Shown here: positions 58,955 to 64,000 of the stretch, in pieces | Position numbering within the stretch: position 1 is the first letter of the stretch | Layout of the letters: every line of letters starts with the position of its first letter | Source: a virus | Reading direction: 5' to 3' (one strand) | Virus record (IMG/VR): IMGVR_UViG_3300028883_000041 | Location: 21,588-85,587 of that record | DNA: 64,000 bases | The notes under the pieces: generated by a model | The model's database searches: none | What the model was told of the DNA's origin: nothing | What the model saw: the letters and a program-made list of their open reading frames with translations, nothing else | Made by a program: the position numbers and the translations under genes

Positions 58955-59995
58955 TTGTTAAACGAAAATTACCAACATCGAAAAATCAATTTGATAGATA
59001 TTGATATCGTACTAGTGCTTAAAGTATTTGCTTCTTATGTCACTATTACAGTTTATCATAATTCAACTAAATTGAGAACACAAAAATTCAATGGTGTGCA
59101 AAGTCGAAAATACTTTTTGAGTATTTACGACAATGCTTTGAATATCGGTTTTGATGAATTAACCGAAACTTTAACCCTATTCGCAAAAAGCAAATATCCA
59201 GAATTTGACTTTAAGACTTTGTCCAACTTCCTTAAAGGATTGATGGATGAACAAAGTTTAATTAAAGAGGAATTCGACAGATTAGATTTAAGCTTTGACA
59301 ATGAGTTAAGTTCAAGTTATAACTTAAGCGTGTTTGAAAACAAAAAAGCTGTTTGTTATGCGAGAAGGTCAATAAACCTTAATATTGGTTCTGGCATTGA
59401 AACATACGAGAAACAAACATTAAAGCTTTTATCACTTGCTCAACAAGTCTTTGAAGAAAAAGAGATTTATACTTTAATGATTGACGAACTAAGCGGTTAC
59501 TACTCACCCACATTAATTAAACGACTGTTCAAAGAAACAAGCGTTCAAGTTGTTTATATTGATAGAGTTGACCGATTAGGACGAAACGTTTTAGCATTGC
59601 TTGATTTATTGGACTATTGCTTAAGAAACAAGAAAGACATTCGTACTAGTGAAGGGTCAATAATTAGAGGTTTCGGATATATCCAAAGCGTGATTATGGG
59701 TTTATTTGCTGAGTTTGAATTACTGAGCAAACAAACAAAATTCAGCTATTACCTTATTGAAGTCGTTAAGTTCGAGCTTGGCTTAATCGCTTTTGATGAT
59801 ATGAGCGACAAAGCAGAAAAACTCTTTAGACTTGGACGTTTTAGTGCTAAAGAAGATTTCTTAAATAAAGCGTACGATTTCGCTTCAAAGGTAGTAGCAG
59901 AAAAAGACAAAACCGACAAGAACGGCAAAAGGCTACACGGCGAAGAAATATTAAAATCAGCTCTTGAAGTTATCGAGTTACTCGATAACCGATAA
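58955..59995 (+). CDS. Serine recombinase (resolvase catalytic domain) with uncharacterised N-terminal extension
   Basis: AVCYARRS (catalytic Ser), DELSG, DRVDRLGRN, helix E IMGLFAEFE; GAGGT RBS before TTG. Confidence 0.82.
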   Translation: MLNENYQHRKINLIDIDIVLVLKVFASYVTITVYHNSTKLRTQKFNGVQSRKYFLSIYDNALNIGFDELTETLTLFAKSKYPEFDFKTLSNFLKGLMDEQSLIKEEFDRLDLSFDNELSSSYNLSVFENKKAVCYARRSINLNIGSGIETYEKQTLKLLSLAQQVFEEKEIYTLMIDELSGYYSPTLIKRLFKETSVQVVYIDRVDRLGRNVLALLDLLDYCLRNKKDIRTSEGSIIRGFGYIQSVIMGLFAEFELLSKQTKFSYYLIEVVKFELGLIAFDDMSDKAEKLFRLGRFSAKEDFLNKAYDFASKVVAEKDKTDKNGKRLHGEEILKSALEVIELLDNR

Positions 59996-60035
59996 GAGCT
60001 TTTTTTTTGGCTTTTCATCGTGTCATTTTTGGGTT

Positions 60036-60077
60036 GTCGCTGGGTGTCGCTTGGTGTATTCATGGTTACAGAGCGAC
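60036..60077 (+). repeat. Repeat site 1: GTCGCT-N4-GTCGCT-N9-CATG-N7-AGCGAC
   Basis: Read directly; also a 10-bp inverted repeat (GGTTGTCGCT/AGCGACAACC) followed by a T run. Confidence 0.8.
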
Positions 60078-60296
60078 AACCTTTTTTTTGGTATCTTGGT
60101 GTGGTGTGGTGTGGTTGGTGTGGTGTGCTTGGCTTGGGTAGTTTCGGCAATATCCCCCTTAACAATCCCCCTAAGATGTAAGAAATAAGATAACTAAAAA
60201 CTTATGTTTTGAATGAATGATAAAAGAGAATGAAAGAGAGAGTAAGGCTAAAGTGAGGTTGTTAAACGCTTGTGTTTTCTTACTCTCTCAATCAGC

Positions 60297-60695
60297 TTAA
60301 ACTATTATTTCGTACTTATTGCTTTGTTCTATACTATCAATTATATAGATTGTTTCTTTATTGGTATTGTCAAATATAGCTACTTGATTGTGTGCCAAAG
60401 CTAAGTTTATAGCTGTTGCTAAGTCTTCAACAATAACAGAGTTTTCAATATAACATATATTGTCTTTATCTATCCAACAGCCGATTAATTGTCCTTTTTG
60501 GGAATAAAATCTATATTGATTAATGATAGATTTAAAGAGTTCAAAATTCATTATTGTCATACTAAAACTTGAAGGAATACCAGATATAGAAACAAAATAC
60601 CCTTCATTTTCTACAGTGTTTAAGTCTGTATCTACTGTAAAACCATTTTCTAAAAGCATTAGTCCGTAAAGTTCTTTTTCGTTGAGTTTGCTCAT
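60297..60695 (-). CDS. Hypothetical protein (cassette A)
   Basis: Own promoter; GFT..GY.VS..IGCW..Q.AIFD pattern. Confidence 0.6.
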   Translation of the reverse strand: MSKLNEKELYGLMLLENGFTVDTDLNTVENEGYFVSISGIPSSFSMTIMNFELFKSIINQYRFYSQKGQLIGCWIDKDNICYIENSVIVEDLATAINLALAHNQVAIFDNTNKETIYIIDSIEQSNKYEIIV

Positions 60696-60706
60696 AATTA
60701 TACTAT

Positions 60707-60778
60707 TGTATTACAGTATTTAAACCCTTTGGATTTCTCGCTGAGTGTCGCTAAAGGTAGCCATGATAACAGAGCGAC
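60707..60778 (-). promoter_or_regulatory. Repeat site 2 + TATA + TGTAATACA palindrome
   Basis: Site 60737-60778; TTTAAATA 12 nt away; TGTAATACA at 60707-60715. Confidence 0.8.
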
Positions 60779-60838
60779 CACAATAAAAAATAAAGAGTTG
60801 AAAAGTGGGAAAGGACAAAACCCACTAATCAACAAGCG

Positions 60839-61180
60839 TTAAAATTCTTTAACATCTATAAGATGTTCAATAGGTAGGTACCAATCAATTGAAGTGTATA
60901 TTCTATATACTGTATTTTGTCCTTTACTCATTTCATAAAATTTAGCTCTGTCTTCAATATTATTTACCCAAACATGTATTTTAATAGGTTGTGCATATCT
61001 AATATAACATTCTACTAATTTAATGTTATAGTTATCGTCCTTTCTTACTATTGAATTTGCACGACCTATTAACTGATTAACAGCTCTTACTAAATAGCTA
61101 TTGTCTCTTACTTGTTCTTTGTTGTGTATGTCACCTTTGAACTCTATATTATCCAAATGAATATAATCTACTGTGCTCAT
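60839..61180 (-). CDS. Hypothetical protein (cassette B)
   Basis: ORF track; overlap with upstream gene. Confidence 0.55.
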   Translation of the reverse strand: MSTVDYIHLDNIEFKGDIHNKEQVRDNSYLVRAVNQLIGRANSIVRKDDNYNIKLVECYIRYAQPIKIHVWVNNIEDRAKFYEMSKGQNTVYRIYTSIDWYLPIEHLIDVKEF

Positions 61181-61509
61181 TGTACTAACCCTCTTTGTAT
61201 TCTGTCTTTGAGTGTCTCAAAGTAATTAAGTGTATGTTCTGTAATGTCGATAAACTCGCTATCTATTCTAAGGTATATCTTAAAGTACCATCCGTGTCCT
61301 TCGGCTCTGTCACAACCTTCGTCTCCATCTTCAACATATCTGAACCACCTATTCAATAAGTTGTATAGTTGTGCGTTATCGTGTATCTCTTCTAATTCTT
61401 GCTCTTTTGTATATGAAACAAAAAGGCTTTTGTCGTATAATTCATATTGGTTTGAGTATTCTTCTATGTTGCTGTATCTGTGGTATTCTTGGTAATATAG
61501 TTTAATCAT
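61177..61509 (-). CDS. Hypothetical acidic protein (cassette B)
   Basis: ORF track; TAATG overlap. Confidence 0.55.
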   Translation of the reverse strand: MIKLYYQEYHRYSNIEEYSNQYELYDKSLFVSYTKEQELEEIHDNAQLYNLLNRWFRYVEDGDEGCDRAEGHGWYFKIYLRIDSEFIDITEHTLNYFETLKDRIQRGLVQ

Positions 61510-61931
61510 TAGTATTCACCTTCTAAAGAAATAGCCTTTTTCCAAGTGTGTTTATTACCATCCCAATAAGGAAGGGTACAAGCTAAAGTTAAACACGAAT
61601 ATTTGTCTTTTCCACAAATTCCGTCATATGCAAAGTATATTAACTCTCCAATAGTCATTTTAGGGTACATTTTACCTATTCTATACCAATCAATTAAATA
61701 GTTTGGTATTTTGCTATCTCCTAAAGTATTTCTCCATAACTGTACTTGAATATCTTTAAGAGTATAATTACTGTAATTCTCAACATATTGTTTAGCTTCT
61801 TCAATTAAAGAATAAACTGTCCTATCTCCATAAATCTGAATATAGTGACCTTGAGCATTACCGTAACCATCTGAACTCATTCTTATTTCAAAGAATTTAA
61901 TGTCCTTAATTTTTGGTTTGTGTTCGTTCAT
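61509..61931 (-). CDS. Hypothetical protein (cassette B)
   Basis: Leaderless ATG after the promoter. Confidence 0.6.
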   Translation of the reverse strand: MNEHKPKIKDIKFFEIRMSSDGYGNAQGHYIQIYGDRTVYSLIEEAKQYVENYSNYTLKDIQVQLWRNTLGDSKIPNYLIDWYRIGKMYPKMTIGELIYFAYDGICGKDKYSCLTLACTLPYWDGNKHTWKKAISLEGEY

Positions 61932-61942
61932 ACTTTAACTAC

Positions 61943-62014
61943 TGTATTACACTATATAAACCTAACGAAAAAGTCGCTTGATGTCGCTAAGTTCAGCCAT
62001 GACCTAACAGCGAC
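61943..62014 (-). promoter_or_regulatory. Repeat site 3 + TATA + TGTAATACA
   Basis: Site 61973-62014; TTTATATA 12 nt away; palindrome at 61943-61951. Confidence 0.8.
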
Positions 62015-62047
62015 TACTAACGAAAAAGAGCGAAAAAAAGAAAAATG

Positions 62048-62653
62048 TTAAATAAGTTTGAAATATATCTTATCTGAAGTGTTACTAATGAGGTGTTGCA
62101 GTAGTTCTATTAAATCTGAATGGTCTTTTTCTTTTCTAACAGCATTGACCTTACACATCATATCTGTCAGTCGCCTCTCATCTATATCTGCTTTTATAAG
62201 ATGTAAGATGTAAGATGTAAATTCCTTAAACTTAACGAAATAATTAAGCATATTCTCTTCAATTAATGCAACAACTTCTTCAACTGCTTCATACAAGTAA
62301 TCAAACTTACCTTCATCTCTGTAACAATCGTTTTGCTCATCGTACTCACAAGTCTGAAAGATTTCTTGGTCTATTAGTTCATCTAACCATTCTTTAATGA
62401 CTTCTTCTTCAACATTTGTTTCTTGTTCAAAATGTTCCTTTAACAGTTCGTAAAATCTGTATTGATTGTATTCAATCCATTTATCTACTTTTCTGTATTG
62501 GTCACAGCTCGAACACTTATCAAAATCACTCTCGTACCAAAGCCAACATTGAAAGAACTCTTCTAAAGTGGTTGCTGTATTGTAACTGTAATAGTAGTCG
62601 TCATATACCTTTTTCTCCCAATCACCTATTTTTATCCAAAGTTCGTTTGCCAT
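62048..62653 (-). CDS. Highly acidic hypothetical protein (cassette C)
   Basis: E/D- and aromatic-rich; CSSC. Confidence 0.6.
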   Translation of the reverse strand: MANELWIKIGDWEKKVYDDYYYSYNTATTLEEFFQCWLWYESDFDKCSSCDQYRKVDKWIEYNQYRFYELLKEHFEQETNVEEEVIKEWLDELIDQEIFQTCEYDEQNDCYRDEGKFDYLYEAVEEVVALIEENMLNYFVKFKEFTSYILHLIKADIDERRLTDMMCKVNAVRKEKDHSDLIELLQHLISNTSDKIYFKLI

Positions 62654-62696
62654 TTTTATTCATTCCTCAGTAACAAAAAAATGAAACCAAAAGAAC

Positions 62697-62921
62697 TTAA
62701 TCTCTTGGTTTGTATTTGAATACATTTACACCAAAGCGAATAGCTTTGTCAGCCCCTTCAATAATTTTGTTACCAGAAGTGGTAGCTATCTTGTAGGTCT
62801 TCTCACCTTCACCGTAAGGCTCTGCTTCTAATTCAATTCGCAAGTGTAATATTTTACCATCCGCAGAAAGCTTGTATTCTACGTTTTTGGCATTTTCTGG
62901 AGTTGTGTATCCGTTGGTCAT
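62697..62921 (-). CDS. Small beta-rich hypothetical protein (cassette C)
   Basis: NVEYK..LHLRIEL..KTYKIATTSGN..FGVNVFK. Confidence 0.6.
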   Translation of the reverse strand: MTNGYTTPENAKNVEYKLSADGKILHLRIELEAEPYGEGEKTYKIATTSGNKIIEGADKAIRFGVNVFKYKPRD

Positions 62922-62944
62922 TTTTATTACCTAAGATTATTATC

Positions 62945-63017
62945 TGTATTACAGTATATAAATCTGTTGAATATCTCGCTCAAAGTCGCTGACCGCCTCT
63001 CATGACCTTTTAGCGAC
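62945..63017 (-). promoter_or_regulatory. Repeat site 4 + TATA + TGTAATACA
   Basis: Site 62975-63017 (N10 left spacer); TTTATATA 12 nt away; palindrome at 62945-62953. Confidence 0.8.
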
Positions 63018-63474
63018 CAGAGAGTACCCACAGAGCAACTATCCGCCTTTTAACGCACTTTTGCCCCCCTAACAGCTTTTATAAGATGTTAGATTAACAG
63101 ATATTAATCGTTTTAAATCATCCGCTATCGCATGTATTCCTATACACTCCTTACCCAATGATTTGGAGATATACACACACACAGAAAAAAACAAAGTTCT
63201 ACTATCTACTCGTGGGGGCGAGAAGAGAGAAAAAAAGGGAAGTGCATATTGTATCACACTACCTTTTTGTAAAAAGTTCGACTATATTCAAAGGTTTTGA
63301 ACCGCTTCTAACATTTACAAGAAGAAGATAGAAAGGCTGTAAGTAACTTTGCAAAGGTATCGAAGAAAAGCAGTTGTATCACAAGAAAAACCCATTTAAG
63401 TACTATATAATATGGCGTTTGCGTGTGATACAAATGTGATACAAAAAAAGGTTGTTGGGCGAACAGCCCAGCAG

Positions 63475-63687
63475 TTAAAAGGTTTGGTTGCATTGGTGAC
63501 AGCAAACAGAACCACCACCACTCAATGCGTGACAGTGGTTGCATTCTTTGGGGGGTACTAATCTGTTGCTGTGTTTGAATGCTTTGGCTTCAGTTTCGTT
63601 GCAATGAAAAACATGCATAATGTTTTCAATGGGCTGAAAACGAAGCAAGTCAGAGAGTTTATAAGCTGTCTTACTCATTTTACTCAT
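63475..63687 (-). CDS. Small Zn-finger protein
   Basis: CNHC..CCHQC. Confidence 0.5.
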   Translation of the reverse strand: MSKMSKTAYKLSDLLRFQPIENIMHVFHCNETEAKAFKHSNRLVPPKECNHCHALSGGGSVCCHQCNQTF

Positions 63688-64000
63688 CCTCTAAAAGATA
63701 CTTGTTAGTGAGCATTTTAAACTCACAGCGGTCACAAGTGTAATGTTCTAATCTGATGTTGCCTACTTTATCGGCTGATAAAATACCTTTGGGGAAAACA
63801 ACAGAGTAAGTATAACCAATTGATACAATTCCCTTCTCACAGTGAGGGCAATCGAATGAACCGTAAATATCATATCCGTCTTCAAGATTTTGGCTGAAGG
63901 TGATAACTTTGGGGAAATCGATTTTGATGTTTTGGTCTAACTCTTCTCCACACTTGACACAAATGAGAATGTTGTATGTGTGATAATAATATTCTAAATC
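63680..64000 (-). CDS. 5'-truncated multi-Zn-ribbon protein (not in ORF track)
   Basis: Open frame from the window edge: CVKC..CPHC..CDRC..LEDE*. Confidence 0.55.
   Translation of the reverse strand, partial: DLEYYYHTYNILICVKCGEELDQNIKIDFPKVITFSQNLEDGYDIYGSFDCPHCEKGIVSIGYTYSVVFPKGILSADKVGNIRLEHYTCDRCEFKMLTNKYLLEDE

Noticed and set aside
58955-59995. IS607 insertion sequence
   Set aside because: No TnpB gene and no recognisable short N-terminal MerR-like HTH
60297-60695. SAM lyase (T3 SAMase-like)
   Set aside because: Only a vague C-terminal A..LA...Q resemblance; not supportable without a profile search
58839-63017. Repeated motif as a CRISPR or mini-array
   Set aside because: Copies are 0.7-1.2 kb apart, separated by genes, and conserved only in short boxes

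Overview
This window is a large part of the genome of a tailed dsDNA virus of archaea (HK97-fold capsid, contractile tail). Archaeal origin is supported by BRE+TTTA(A/T)A promoters about 25-30 nt ahead of many leaderless ATGs, GGTGA-type RBSs, an archaeo-eukaryotic primase with a PriL Fe-S domain, and many Zn-ribbon mini-proteins. An Asgard (Heimdall/Hod-like) host is only an inference, drawn from the look of the receiver/histidine-kinase genes. Layout: replication/recombination genes (1-12.7 kb); terminase (13.4-15 kb); a mostly minus-strand morphogenesis region from portal to tail fibres (15-51 kb) with a glycan-synthesis island embedded in it (35.7-46.7 kb); a two-component kinase; nucleic-acid enzymes; an RNA ligase followed by a polycistron of tRNA-like/structured ncRNAs (56.4-57.2 kb); a serine recombinase; and promoter-bearing gene cassettes delimited by a repeated ~42-bp motif (58.8-63 kb). 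Main hunts: (1) surface virion proteins carry many Ser-Gly-[Ser/Thr/Ala] motifs that portal, terminase and replication proteins lack, which suggests a virus-encoded, sequon-directed, possibly sulfated/methylated O-glycosylation system; (2) a 37-nt tRNA minihelix and other non-canonical tRNA-like RNAs next to an Rnl2-type ligase; (3) five copies of a TCGCT..CATG-N7-AGCG(A/T)C site around a serine recombinase and three cassettes; (4) an unannotated PriS-PriL(FeS)-XPD-like helicase fusion; (5) a wHTH-fused terminase-ATPase paralog; (6) a virus-encoded two-component pair. All product calls come from motifs and synteny read by eye; no database search was run.
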